A DNA stretch of 64,000 nt, taken from Octopus sinensis (Eukaryota). The stretch is from contig NC_043003.1 in the NCBI RefSeq assembly GCF_006345805.1, positions 13,020,001-13,084,000 on the forward strand. The letters are read 5' to 3'. A model generated the notes under the pieces. It saw only the letters and a list, made by a program, of their open reading frames with translations, did no database searches and was not told where the DNA came from. This document shows, in pieces, positions 13,001 to 26,806 of the stretch. A program made the position numbers and the translations under genes. Positions within the stretch are counted from its first letter, which is position 1. Each line of letters opens with the position of its first letter.

Positions 13001-15731
13001 AGATGATGTACGTCTTGAACAAGGAAACTGCACACGACCAGGTTTGGACCATCTTGTTTTAAAATAACCTTTATTAATAAATCCTTAGCATAACTACGAC
13101 AGTGTTTTAATGACCAGCCCTTCTCTTCATAGCCAGTACCTGGGTAATAGCATATCCTAAGTGGTAAGAAAAGGATTATGATTTTTCTTAGGAATAAACT
13201 ATTTTTACCAGTTGCATTATTTATTTTAAACACATTTTCAAATAAATCGTTGTCAAGATTAGAATATTAATTGTACATTGTATCTGATTGATATAGTTCT
13301 AAGCTGGCTTGTTCGCGTTGCCCAGTCTGCACCACGTGGAGGAGGGGTTGAGTTTTTGCAGACTTATTTAGTGTGACATTGACTTCACCAACTGGGAGGA
13401 AACGGCAAAAAACAGACCACTCTGGAAAACCACCATCCATGAGGGAACGGCGAATTTCGAGTCGAAAAGGTCTGCAGAGCTGGAGGAGAAAAGACGACAA
13501 CGGAAGGAGCGCCAACAACAACCACATGCGACTCTCCCTTCTGGCACTAGATGTCCGCACTGTGACCGATCTTTTCGAGCAAGAATTGGTCTTATCAGTC
13601 ACCTGCGGACTCACCAATAAATTTGCGCGAAGACCATCATCCTCGACCTTGAGGGATTGCCATAGTAGTAGTAGTATAGTCCTAAGATTAATCCTTCTCT
13701 TTAGGGCCAGAAAATATTTCAGCAGCCAACAGCTGCTATCATTCTGCAAGGCTCAAGTGAGGACTGCAATGGAGTAGTATTCCAACATCTAGGATGGTGC
13801 TACTGTTGCACATAGAAGCACTCTGGTTAACTGATATTCAATCACTTACTGACCAACTCAAGCCCCTGGCTCACTGGCATGCTGTCCCTTCTCTCTACTT
13901 TTTTCATTTCTTCTATAATTGTCTCCATTTTTCTCATCCATCCATAATTTCTTCCTGTAAATAGTCGTTATTATTCTGATTCAAATGGTAAAACACCCTG
14001 TAATTAAAAAGTATCCATATTTACATTATCTCGTTAGTTTCTATGTTCAAATTTCTAGAAGAGTGTATGTTCAAATTTCAATGAGTTTCAAAAAAAAAAC
14101 TCTCTAAAACAAGTGGAAGGTTTTGTAAAACCATCACTAAGGTCCCTTGACCCAGTTGTCTTTCCATCCCTTGTCACCCTTGCTGCATCCAGCCCCCTTG
14201 ATCCCATAGTAATCACTATGTCCAGCTCTTTCTCCTCAGAACATTGGCCTTCTGGAATCTTCTCCCTGAAGGTACTAACCTGTAATTGATTAAATGAAAC
14301 ATTTACAGTTCAAACAAAACATTATTAGCTTCAAGATCTCTGGTCCCAGGGGACCCGCACCAAACATGCACAGTGCCCCTTCTTCCAGGTTCGACAAAAC
14401 AAAACAAAAAAAAGATTTTGTAAATAGAATTATTAGCTTTCACCATATATTGACTATAAAACATATTCTGATATTAGGGTGTATAAGCCCCTAATTGGAA
14501 TAAAAAGATCATTAGTACACATGGGAATTAGTCGTACTAATGCCCATTTTTTTCTGTTACAGAGGCTTATATGCCTTAGTATTAGGTTATTTTCTATAGT
14601 CAATATAAAATGAAAGATTACAAAATTTCAGTTACCAGTCTTTCCTAATCTAAATTCACACATATTTACAAAACAAATATATAAACTGTAATTAAATTTA
14701 TAGGTGTAGGAGGGGCTGTGTGGTAAGTAGCTTGCTTATGAACCACATGATTCTAGGTTTAGTCCCACTGTGTGGCACCTTGGGCAAGTGTCTTCTACTA
14801 TAGCCTTGGGCTGACCAAAGCCTTGTGAGTGGATTTGGTAGACGGAAACTGAAAGAAGCCCGTCATATATATGCATATATGTATGTGTGTGTGGATATGT
14901 TTGTGTGTGTTCGTCCCCCCCCCCCAACACCGCTTGACAACCTGTGCTGGTGTGTTTACATCCCCATAACTTAGCAGTTCAGCAAACGAGATTGATAGAA
15001 TAACTACTAGGCTTACAAAGAATAAGTCCTGAGGTCGATTTGCTCGACTAAAGGCGGTGCTCCAGCATGGCCATAGTCACATGACTGAAACAAGTAAAAG
15101 AGTAAAAAAAAGAGTATATATTATATATTAAATATAAATTTTTAAAATATATAAACCGTAATTAAACTTTTAATTTAATTAATCCAATACATTGAACTAC
15201 ATTGGCATTACTTCAAACAATAAAAACTAGTATTATGTTTTGTGCATGTCGTTCTTAAAACATATTTCTCAAATTAAAATTGGAACTAATCATAATAATG
15301 ATTTTGATTTTCTTTCTTTCAAACACATTAAAAGACATCTGCACTTTCGAAGGAGCTATGTGTTCTTGGACTAACTCCAAGCGGGATAGTCTTGACTGGG
15401 TTGAAACAAAAGGTTCTAAGACCCGCAGAATTGGGCCAAGTTCAGATCATACAGTTGGGACAACAAAAGGTAATATAATTGTTCTTTCTCTTCCTTCTCA
15501 TAACTAAAAGGCCACTTCTATGAATATTTTCACAATAATTTTAAAACCACAGTCCCATATTTAAGAGATGAGGAATTACGTACATTATTTACATTATTTA
15601 CATTCGACGGATATTTGTCCTCATCTTGTTTGTTGTTAATACAATATTTCGGCTGATATACTCTCCAGCCTTCTTCAGGTGTCTTGGGGGAAATTTCGAA
15701 CCTGGGTTCTCATTCCTAAGGTAGTTTTCTA

Positions 15732-15774
<43 letters not shown>

Positions 15775-18700
15775 GTTCAGGTCACTGCTTGGAATCGAAC
15801 TCGGAATCTTGGGGTTAGTAGCCCACACTCTTAACCACTATGCCATATTTAATAATATTGACAATAATAATAATAACATCGAAACTCCAAAGAATCCCTC
15901 TCAACACATGGCTATGATGCTCCCCCACTACTTCTGCTCGTGGTCAGAGATGCACACATTGTCAGCCACTCAGGGACATGCTCAACTGGTTATGGTCAAA
16001 CAACTGACAAGCAAATCTGTGGTATTGAGCAGAATATTTGCTGTAGCCCATCTTTTATACCAAGACAAAACAATGTACATGATAACACTTCCAATCAGTT
16101 AAGCTCGGAAGCCACAAGAGCCACTGCCTGGTACTGCATCAGGGCATTTATTATTATTATTAAGGTGGTTAGTTGACAAAATCATTTTTATACTGGACAA
16201 AATGCTAAGTAACATTTCTTCCGGTTTTGAGTTCCGATTCTACCAAGGTCAGTTTTACCTTTCGTCCTTTAGAGGTCAATAAAAGAAGTACCAGTTGGGC
16301 ACTGGAGTTGATGCAATTGTCTTACCCACCTCAGCCAAAAGTGCTAGCCTTGTGCCAAAATTTGAAACCATAATTGTTACTACTACCACTACTACTACTA
16401 CTGATGTGGTGAGCTGGCAGAACCATTAGAACACCAGGCAAAATACTCAGTGGCATTCCACCAATCTTTACATTCTGAGTTCAAATTCTGCCAAGGTCCA
16501 TTCGACTTTTATCCTCTCAATCAGTGAAATATGTACTAGTTGGGGGTCAATGTAATCAACTTACCCCTTCTTCTAAAATTGCTGGCCTTGTAACAAAATT
16601 TGAAACCATTATTTCTACTACTACAACTGCTACTGCTGTTGTTGTTGTTGTTGTTGTTGTTGTTAAGCAACAAGACAGGTAAGGGTGATTAGGTGATGGT
16701 CTAGGGCTTAGGAGCGGGAGACCCCAGACATTGAAAAAAAAAAAACTTTGGTCATCTTGTAGTCGAAGGCTCTTCATTGACGCCCGACACCACTGGGAGG
16801 TGGCCCTTGAAGTTGCTGGAAATGGAGATCTCCAGGTCCAAATTCTTGAACGACTGCTACTGCTGCTGCTATTATTATTATTATTTTTTTTTTACTTTTT
16901 TTAGGGACATACCTGTTTCTCGATGCCAGCAAGTCCAAAGCAGAAGACACCCGAGCTTTGTTAACCAGTGAATCTTTCTCAATGAGAGTGAAGACAAAAT
17001 GTTTACAGTTCTTTTACCATATGAAAGGAAACGTTGGTCAACTGACAGTGTACAAAGAAAACGAAGATCATAAAACAGAGCTTCTTTGGACCCTTGTTGG
17101 AGACCAAGGGCCCGTATGGCATTATGCCTCCATTGAAATTCGACCCCAACCAAATAATTTTTATGTAAATAAATCTTTTATTTCAAATCACCTAATGTCA
17201 TATACTTTGGTATATCTGTCTGTCTGTCTGTATTCACACACATGCACATGTATATATGTGGTTATATGTGTTTATAGTGGTGGTGCAATGCTCCAGTGGT
17301 TAGGGCAGCGAACTTGCAGTCGGAAGATCGTGGTTTCGATTCCCAGACCGAGCGTTGTGTGTTTATTGAGCGAAAACACCTAAAGCTCCACGACGCTCCA
17401 GAAGTGGGGTGGTGGCCACCCCTGTTGTACTCTCTCGCCCCAACTTTCTCTCACTCTTTCTTCCTGTTTCTTGAGTAATGCTGCGATGGACTGGTGTCCT
17501 GTCCAGCTGAGGGGAACACATACACCATAGAAACCGGGAAACTGGGCCCATGAGCCTGGCTAGGTTTGAAAAGGGCGCATAAATATATAAAAAAATATGT
17601 GTTTATACAGTATATGTGTGTGTATATTGCAAGGGTGTGTGGCTTAGTGGTTAGCATATGTGACTCATGATCATAAGATCGTGAGTTCAATTCCAGGTGG
17701 CACATTGTATCTTTGAGCAAGATACTTGATTTTATGTCATTCCAGTTCACTCAGATAGACAGACAGACAGACAGACCTATCTAAGTGTATGTGTGTGTGT
17801 GTGTGTTTGCCAACTAACTACTGCTTGATAACTGGTGTTGGTTTGTTTATGTCTCTGCAACTTAGGGGTTAGGCAAAAGAAACCAATAGAATAAGTACCA
17901 AACTGGAAAAAGAAATAAAAATCATAAGTGCTTGGGTCAAAACCCTTTGAGGTGGTGCCCCATCATAGCTTCTGTCCAATGGATCAAAACAAGAAAAGGA
18001 TAAAAAAAATAACAAAAGCTATTTCTAAAAATCAAAAACAAATGAAAGACTTTTGGTATCTAATTACTTTGGGTTTTTTTTTTACAGTTGGTTGTTGAAG
18101 GAATCGTTGGTCTGAATAACACAGGTGGAATTGCAATTGATGATTTTGCTATGACTAGCATAAAATGTAAAAGTAAGTTTTGTCTTTTATTTCATATTTC
18201 AGGGGGTTTTCTTTTTTTCTTTCACCTAGTTTGTTTTATTGTGTATTTTTATTGGTTAAGTTAAGTTCATGGTAACACCACCTAGCTGATACACGCCTCC
18301 AAACTAGCCTTGGAGAGGAACATTGGCAACCTACTTATAAAAGAAGCTCTGCTGATCCACTGCTTCAACCCCAAAATTAACCTTCAGTGCATTGATGACT
18401 TCTCAACAAAACCTTTCCCAATTGAGCATGAGTTCTCCAGCTGCCTTGCTACTTTTGTCCAACCAGCTCTTGAAATTGCTCTTTTATTGTTCTTTTTCTG
18501 CTTCTTGATCACCTACCCTTTACTCTTTCTCCCATGATAATGTTTTCCAAACTTCTACGTCATCAGATATGGCCATAATAGATAAGCTTTTGTTTTTTTC
18601 ACAATGTTTAGAAGTTGTCGTCTTTCACTTTTGTTATGTCGCACGTTTGGATGCCTCTACAACTCAAAACTGCTCTCTACTCTACTCAACGGTTCTCTCA

Positions 18701-21700
18701 TCTACTACTCTGCTCTGTGCTCCTCTGACTGCTACTCTAATGACGTCTAGACTTCTCCCTCTATATCTACATATTGGGCTAGCCTACTTCATCATCTGGG
18801 GCGTCCACACAACAACTTTCTTATAGTATCCCCAATTGAATTATTCAATGATCCTTGTAAGAAACCCGTATCATTCTCCTATACACTCACATTTCAAGAA
18901 CATTGATTAGATTTTCTTCAAATCTGTCCAGAGTCCATGCTTCATGACCACAAATTCTTATTGACCAAATGAGCACTCACACTAGCCTTGTCTTTAAGTG
19001 TAGCTGTCATAATAAAATTGGAAACATGACTATGGGAGGAGGCAGTACATTTGTGGGCCAGTGGTTAGAGTACACTTTAGAGTATATCAGTGACTCATTG
19101 ATGCATTTTACTGTTTTTATTTACAGCAACTCCTTCAAAAGCAAATTTACAGAAACCTCTTGTCAAGACTACAAGGAAAAGCATAACACCAAGTCATGCA
19201 ACAATTGAACCAGGAAGTAAGTATAAGATACAACAGTTTATTCAGTGAAACCCCTACATACATACATACATACATACATACATACGTACATACATACATA
19301 CATACATACCCCACATCCCAACATCATCACACCACACACCACTACACCATACACCACCATACCATAGATAGCTCTTTTATTTTAATAACAGTCAATCACA
19401 CAGTAATTTCCCTTTGTTTAATGGTCATTTTCATAGCATTTTTACGATGGCCGGATAACTGAAGAGATGGCAGCGTGGTCTTCCACCGTGACATCCAAAA
19501 CTCAGAGATTTATCATGGCTACTGAATAATTGTCACATATTATATATATATATATATACAGGGTGTCCCCAAAAGATGTATACACACCTTAAATAATTGT
19601 AAATTTGTTATTCTTTGTAAGCCTAGTACTTATTCTATCGTTCTCTTTTGCCGAACCACTATGTGTATACATTTTTTTGGGACACCCTGTATATATATTC
19701 TGACTGACTTCAGTGTTTGCTTACAAATATATATATATATAAGCAAAAATGCCTACCCTCCATTCTCATCTGGTGAAGCTGATCTTGACCAGATTGTGTC
19801 AATCGTTCATTGGGTATTTTATAATGTTTCTGTAAGCAGGAGTTCCTTGATAAAAAGAAATTCTGAATCAAATTGTTAATAGAAATCTTTCAACACAAGT
19901 TACACCGAGGCCTTGCTTTTCCTCATTAAAACTATGTTAAAACTACATTCATTGGAAAAATTTGGATAAGGAGTTATCCAGGTCTTCATGCCTTATTTAC
20001 AAGCAAATGCTAATGTGTTACTGAATTTTAACTAATTACTTAATAATTCTTTAAATTATGTTTTGTCTGGGGTGAGTCATTTTTTTTTGTGCCTTATATT
20101 GTAACACACTCACCGGTAAAATTAAAAAAAAAAAAGAAATAAAAAAGAAATAAGTGGAAATTTTACCGGTGGGTGTGCTACAATATAAGGCACAAAAAAA
20201 ATGACTCTCCCCAGACACAACAGAATATGCTTCAACACACAAACTCATATAAAGAATCTTGCAGACCAAATCCAAAAACGAAATTTTTTTAATATCTTAG
20301 TTTTAACAACATCTTAAACTTTTCTTTATCACAGAGGTTGTTATGAATTGTAATTTTCTCAACAATACTTGTAAATGGATTCAAGGACATGATGATACTT
20401 CTGACTGGATTCGGACTCAAAGCAAGAATTTTGGTGGTCAAGGACCAATTGCTGATCACACAAGTGGTAAGTAATGTTAAATTAATATCGATGGAATTAA
20501 CTTTTGAACTGAAGACAACACATAAGTTGCATAACCTTCAAGCAAAAGATATCCTTTTTTATTGCTTTAGGGGGAAAGCAGTGCCCATAACCATTTCAGT
20601 CGATAAATTAAGTACCAGTTGCATACTGGGGTCGATCTAATCGATGTTTCCATTCTGAATTTCCAGATTAATTTTTAATCTTTAATTTGTTGTCTTTGTG
20701 CAGCCAATGGTTTCTATATGAACTTACCATCCAATGTTGGTCAAACCGCTCATCTTCACAGTCAAATCATTACACCTGTCGCAGGGCACCCGATGTGCTT
20801 ATCATTCTGGTATTATATGTATGGTCCAAATATTGAAACATTTAAGGTGTATATTACGAAAAGCAACTTGAAAGAGAAAGCACCGCACTGGGTGAGAGTA
20901 GGCACCCAGGGAAATCAGTGGCAACAGGGGAAATTATTGATATTACAAACACGGCCCTTTAAGGTAAGTGGTCCTGATTTTACTTACGTGATTAACAAAT
21001 TAAACATATTAAATAAAGAAATTTTTACCAGGTGGATCACATATTTTTTACTGCATTATGGTTTAATTTAACATATCAATCCTTACTACATTATAATTAT
21101 CCAACTATTTAATATTACTCAACTGTTTAATACTATCATAATCATTATCATCATCATCATTATTGTTTAATGAATCAGACAGAAGTGATGATGATGATGA
21201 TGCTGATGACGATGATGATTGTGACGACAATGACAATAATCACGAGGATGATGATGACAAAGACGATGACAATGATGAGAACAACAACAACAACAATGAT
21301 GAGGGCAATGATAATGAGGATGATGACAAAGATGATGATGATGATGACAACGACAACGATAATGTTACGGTGATGGTGATGACAATGATGATAAGGATGA
21401 TGATAGTAGTGAGGGGGATGATGAGGATGATGATGATGATGATGACAGTGACGATGGCAATGATGATGATGATGATGATGATGACACTGACAATGATGAT
21501 GACAACGACGACGATGATAATGATGATGACAATGAGAATGAGGACAATGCCGATAGCAATGATGACGATGACGACAATGACGACGATGAGGATTAGCATG
21601 TTTATGGTTTAAAATTTTAGACTGTCTCATGTTGCACTGTAAGACATTTTTTACTGCTTATTAATTCCAGATTACCTTTGAAGGGAAAGTGAAACAATCA

Positions 21701-23582
21701 ACATTCGGTAATATCGCAATTGATGACATTCTTCTCATTCATGGCACCTGTAATGGTAAGTCTAAATGATCTTGTCTCTTCTAATTGCACACAAACGTTC
21801 ATTGTTGATCAAGTAACAAAACCTTTAACAATAATCCTGACAAAAGCATGGCACTAACACTTTAGTTTTTAGGGAGAAGACAAGAAAGATAATGCTATCA
21901 GTTATTTGCTTTGATCGTTGGACTGTGGCCATACTGGAGCACTGGCTTCTATGGTTTTGTAGAATGACTTGATCTCGGTACTTGTTTTTGAAGCCTGGGA
22001 TTTATTTTGTCGGTCTCTTTTGCCAAACAGCTAAGTTATGTGGATGCAGCCACTACCTCCTCCAGGCACTTGATGTAGGCCTCCATGCTGAGTCTGAGGC
22101 CATGTGGGAAGATGAATGGAGGCATAACATCGCCATAACTTGTGCTCACTCCAAACACCATGATGTTGACTGGATGTTTGATTTTTATCACTCTTGGTAC
22201 ATGTTTTGGGGACACAGCAAGCCAATGTTTGTCCTGTGTGTTCACCAACTGATCCTGGCAGAAATTTTTCTTGTCTGAGAAAAACTAAAGCATGCTTGAG
22301 TTTGTTCAAAAGCTTCATAGTGTGGTCTTTCCTCTTGTCCTTGATGGCTTGGGATCAAAGCTATCCCTTTCTCATCTTGTATAAGGAATACCGAATATCT
22401 TCATGCACTACTTGCATGATAAGAAACTCACGCACTCACCTGCCCCTAGCAATGAACCTGATTGACTTGGAGGGATTGTTGTGAATCATGGCCTGGATCT
22501 CACCAAAAAATTCAGGAGTTCTTCTCTTATCAGAGTGAGTTTTCCGAGCTGCCAGTTATTCATAATCACCATTAGCCTCATCTGACTCTTTCCAAATCCT
22601 CTGCACTATCCTCAGATTGATATCCAAACACTCTGAAATGTTTATATTGGAGCTTCTGGCTCAAATGCCAAGCAGTACAGCATGTTGTTTCCAAATTTCT
22701 TATTTCTTTATTGCCCACAGGGGACAAAGCATAGATAGGACAAACAAAGACAGACAAAGGGATTAAGTATATTACATTGACCCCATTGCATAACTGGTAC
22801 TTAATTTATTGACCCCAAAAGGATGAAAGGCAAAGTCAACCTCGGTGGAATTTGAACTCAGAATGTAATGGCAGACAAAATAGCGCAAAGCATTTCGCCA
22901 GGCATGCTAATGTTTCTGCCAGCTTGCCACCTTTTCCAAATTTCTGGCTGAGTGAATTGCATCACAGTGCTGCTTTTCTCACAGACGGTGCCCAACTGAC
23001 CCTACTATACTGTGTAGCTGGCAAATTCAAAAGCAATATGCATGTGCCAACAGTCTGATTTGGCATAGTTTCTATGGCTTGATGCCCTTCCTAATGCCAA
23101 CCACTCTGAGAGTGTGATGGGTGCTTTTACATGCCACTAACATGGGTGCCAGTTGCATGACGCCAGTATCTTCCAAGACTGATTTCACTTGGCTTGATGA
23201 GTCTTCTCAAGCATGGCATATTGTCAACGGTCTCAATCATTTGTCTTTGCATTTGGAAATTTTGATTTGCAACTCACCGTCAATGATTTTATAAACCTGA
23301 CAACGTTTTGTAACAGTGGTTTTTTTTTTTATTAAATGTCTATTTAATTAATTCCTTTAAGGTAATCATTATCCCTCTTTTACTTGCTTCATTCATTTTG
23401 ACTGCGGCCATGCTGGAGCACCGTCTTTAGTCGAGCAAATCGACCCCAGGACTTATTCTTTGTAAGCCTAGTACTTATTCTATCGGTCTGTTTTGCCGAA
23501 CCGCTAAGCTACGGGGACATAAATACACCAGCATCGGTTGTCAAGCAATGTTGGGGGGACAAACACAGACACACAAACATAT

Positions 23583-23638
<56 letters not shown>

Positions 23639-26600
23639 GACAGGCTTCTTTCAGTTTCCGCCTACCGAATCCACTCACAAGGCTTTGGTCAGCCTGAGGC
23701 TATAGTAGAAGACACTTGCCCAAGGTGCCATGCAGTGGGACTGAACCCAGAACCATGTGGTTCGTAAGCAAGCTACTTACCACAAAGCCACTCTTACGTC
23801 TATCTGTTTAATTTATTTTTGGTTTTATTTTCATTCCTTATTTGTTTTTTGGGGGTTTTTTTTTCACATTTACTGATTCCTTTTTATCATTTGCAGAACT
23901 CACAACCAGGAAACCTGATATATCTGTTCCTCTTGCACAGCGGAGTTGTAATTTTGAAGCTAACGACATATGCGGTTTCTCAGTTGAAAACACAACAGAT
24001 TTCCGCTGGAGTCAACATTCTGGTAGCACAGATACCTTAGGAACCGGACCAACAAACGATCATACATTAGAATCATCTTCAGGTAAGATGCTCTTTTGAG
24101 AAAACTACAAACAACTGATTGTTCTGTGGAGTCATCTGCTTTCATTCATAACTTCCATCCATCCATCCATTTTCTTCATCCACCATTCTTGGGAGGTTCA
24201 TGAGAGTAAAGTCCTCGGAAGCAACCATAATTAGACTTTCCAGCTGGATTCCCAAGCACAATCTGGTTAGACTATAGGTATTATCCAACTACCTGGTCTT
24301 TAGTCTCTCCTCAGGTCTCCTGCCAGTTGTGGATCAGCTTCATGGATTCCTCTTGTGGTTCTTTCCTGTGGCATTCTTCCGTTGCATCAACAGTAAACAC
24401 TAAAGTTTTTCCTAAAATCCAGGGTTTTTATAACTGCTCAACTTGACTTTAAAGAATCAAAATCACATACAAATATTCTATAGCCATTTTACTTCTAATC
24501 ACATGTCCACAGTAATGGAACTGTGAAGCCGTGGCTTCCCTACATTTTCATTTAACATAAGATTGCAACAGCTAAAATTTATAAGATACCTTCTCAAGAC
24601 ATCATAGTTCAACATCAGTTCAGAAACTTAATTGACCCATCAAGATATTATCAGTTATTTTTTCCTATCATAATTTTAAATCCAGCTACAGTTGGATTTG
24701 ACATTAAATAATGATGGTGATGACGATGATGAAGATGACGAGGTTGATGATGATGACAATGATGACAATGATGATGATGATGATGATGAGGAGGAGGAGG
24801 AGGAGGAGGATGGTGGTGGTGGTGGTGGTGGTGGCTGTGGTGGTGGTAGTGGTGGTGGTGATGATGATGACAACGACAACAATGATGACGATGGTGATGA
24901 TGAGGAGGAGGATGGTGGTGGTGGTGGTGGTGGCGATGATGATGATGGTGGTGGTAGTGGTGGTGATGATGATGATGATGAAAATGATGAGGACGACAAC
25001 AACAATGATGATGATGATGAGTTGGGAGGAGGAGGAGGGTTTAGTTTTTTAAGTCATAATTTTGGAAAATGAAATAGTGATTTACTCTTTTACTCTTTTA
25101 CTTGTTTCAGTCATTTAACTGCGGTCATGCTGGAGCACCGCCTTTAGTCGAGCAAATCGACTCCAGGACTTATTCTTTGTAAGCCTAGTACTTATTCTAT
25201 CGGTCTCTTTTGCCGAACCGCTAAGTTACGGGGATGTAAACACACCAGCATCGGTTGTCAAGCGATGTTGGGGGGACAAATACAGACACACAAACACATA
25301 TATATACCTATACATACATACGACGGGCTTCTTTCAGTTTCTGTCTACCAAATCCACTCACAAGGATTTGGTCGGCCCGAGACTATAGTAGAAGACACTT
25401 GCCCAAGGTGCCACACAGTGGGACTGAACACAAAACCATGTGGTTGGTAAACCAGCTACTTACCACACAGCCACTCCTCCGCTAAATAAAATACTAATTT
25501 TTTTTGTGTGTTGTTTTTCTTTTTTCCTTTTGGTCACTCACAAAACCTCTTCTTTGTATGAAAAATGTATACATAACCTACCCCTTCTATTTACTGTCTG
25601 TTTTTCAACTCCTGCATACAAATCCCATATCCTCATAACTACTGGGCTCATTGCATTTGTTGCACCAAGCCAATACAAGCTTCAAGGACTTGAAAGTGGG
25701 ACTGGCTCTGCACAAATCATTCCCACTATAATGATATTCACTGAGCAGGTTGTCAAGCAACCAAGACGCCAGCAGTGACACCATCACAGTTTTTCTGTTG
25801 GTTCAGTGGTAATAGGGAAAGAGAGAGAGAGAGGGAGAGCCATATTAAATAATTAGACTTATCCTGTCTCTGCTGCTTTCAGTTTATCTGCATCTGGCTG
25901 ATCTCTCATTCATTGAAGTGATGACAGAGTTCACACACATACATGCACACACATATACATACATATAAATATATATGTGTAATTAATAAAAAAAAAACAA
26001 AGAAAAACACAAGAAAAAAACAACAACACAAGGACATGGTACATGCAAAGTATTAACAGATGCTCAGAGAAGGAAAGAAAGGGTGTTTTACGTTTCGAGC
26101 AAAGCTCTTTTTCAGAAACAGGAGACAGAAGAAAGTCCAAGAGAAAATGAAGATGGAGGGAAAAAATCGCCAACAATCCACAATATATATATATATATCA
26201 CACACAGCTCTCTTAATTAAAAAGACATGTTCATCAATGTAATCCACCTCATCATTGTCATCATGTCTACTTTTCCATGCATGATTGATTCGAAGCAATA
26301 TAAATAAATAAGCCTTACAGTCAACAGATTGATCTGAATGTTAAGAGGTTAATGTTTACTCACAAGCAGCTTTTTTTTCTTCTCTTTGAAAGGTCATTAT
26401 ATGTATGTGAGTGCAATGGACGGAAACGTAACAACGAAATCATCTCTGATAAGTCCATTTTACAAAAACACCGACAGCGTTTGCCTACAGTTTTATTACC
26501 ACATGTATGGAGATGGAATCGGTACTCTGAACATTTACACAAAGGTTAGTTATACGCTTTTAAATTCTGCCAGTGTACAACAAATATACAAGTTCAAATG

Positions 26601-26774
26601 AAGTTGAGAGGAAAAATGGTTGAGTGGTTAAGAAGCTTCCTTTGCAACTGTATGGTTGCAGGTTCAATTCTATTGTCCTGGATTTTGGGTGAGTGTCTTC
26701 TTCTATAACCCTAGGCCAACAAATGCCTGGTGAATGAATCTAGTAGATGGAGATTGTGTGGTGCATGTTGTGTG

Positions 26775-26806
<32 letters not shown>

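Noticed and set aside
13267-13777. ORFs 13267-13749 (-) and 13373-13777 (+) as novel genes
   Set aside because: Off-frame shadows of an RTE ORF2 C-terminus that is read in the frame starting at 13372.
18530-18575. Hammerhead on - strand (CUGAUGA..GAAA) next to the Penelope remnant
   Set aside because: Stem II and stem I pair too poorly to support a call, though it may be a decayed copy.
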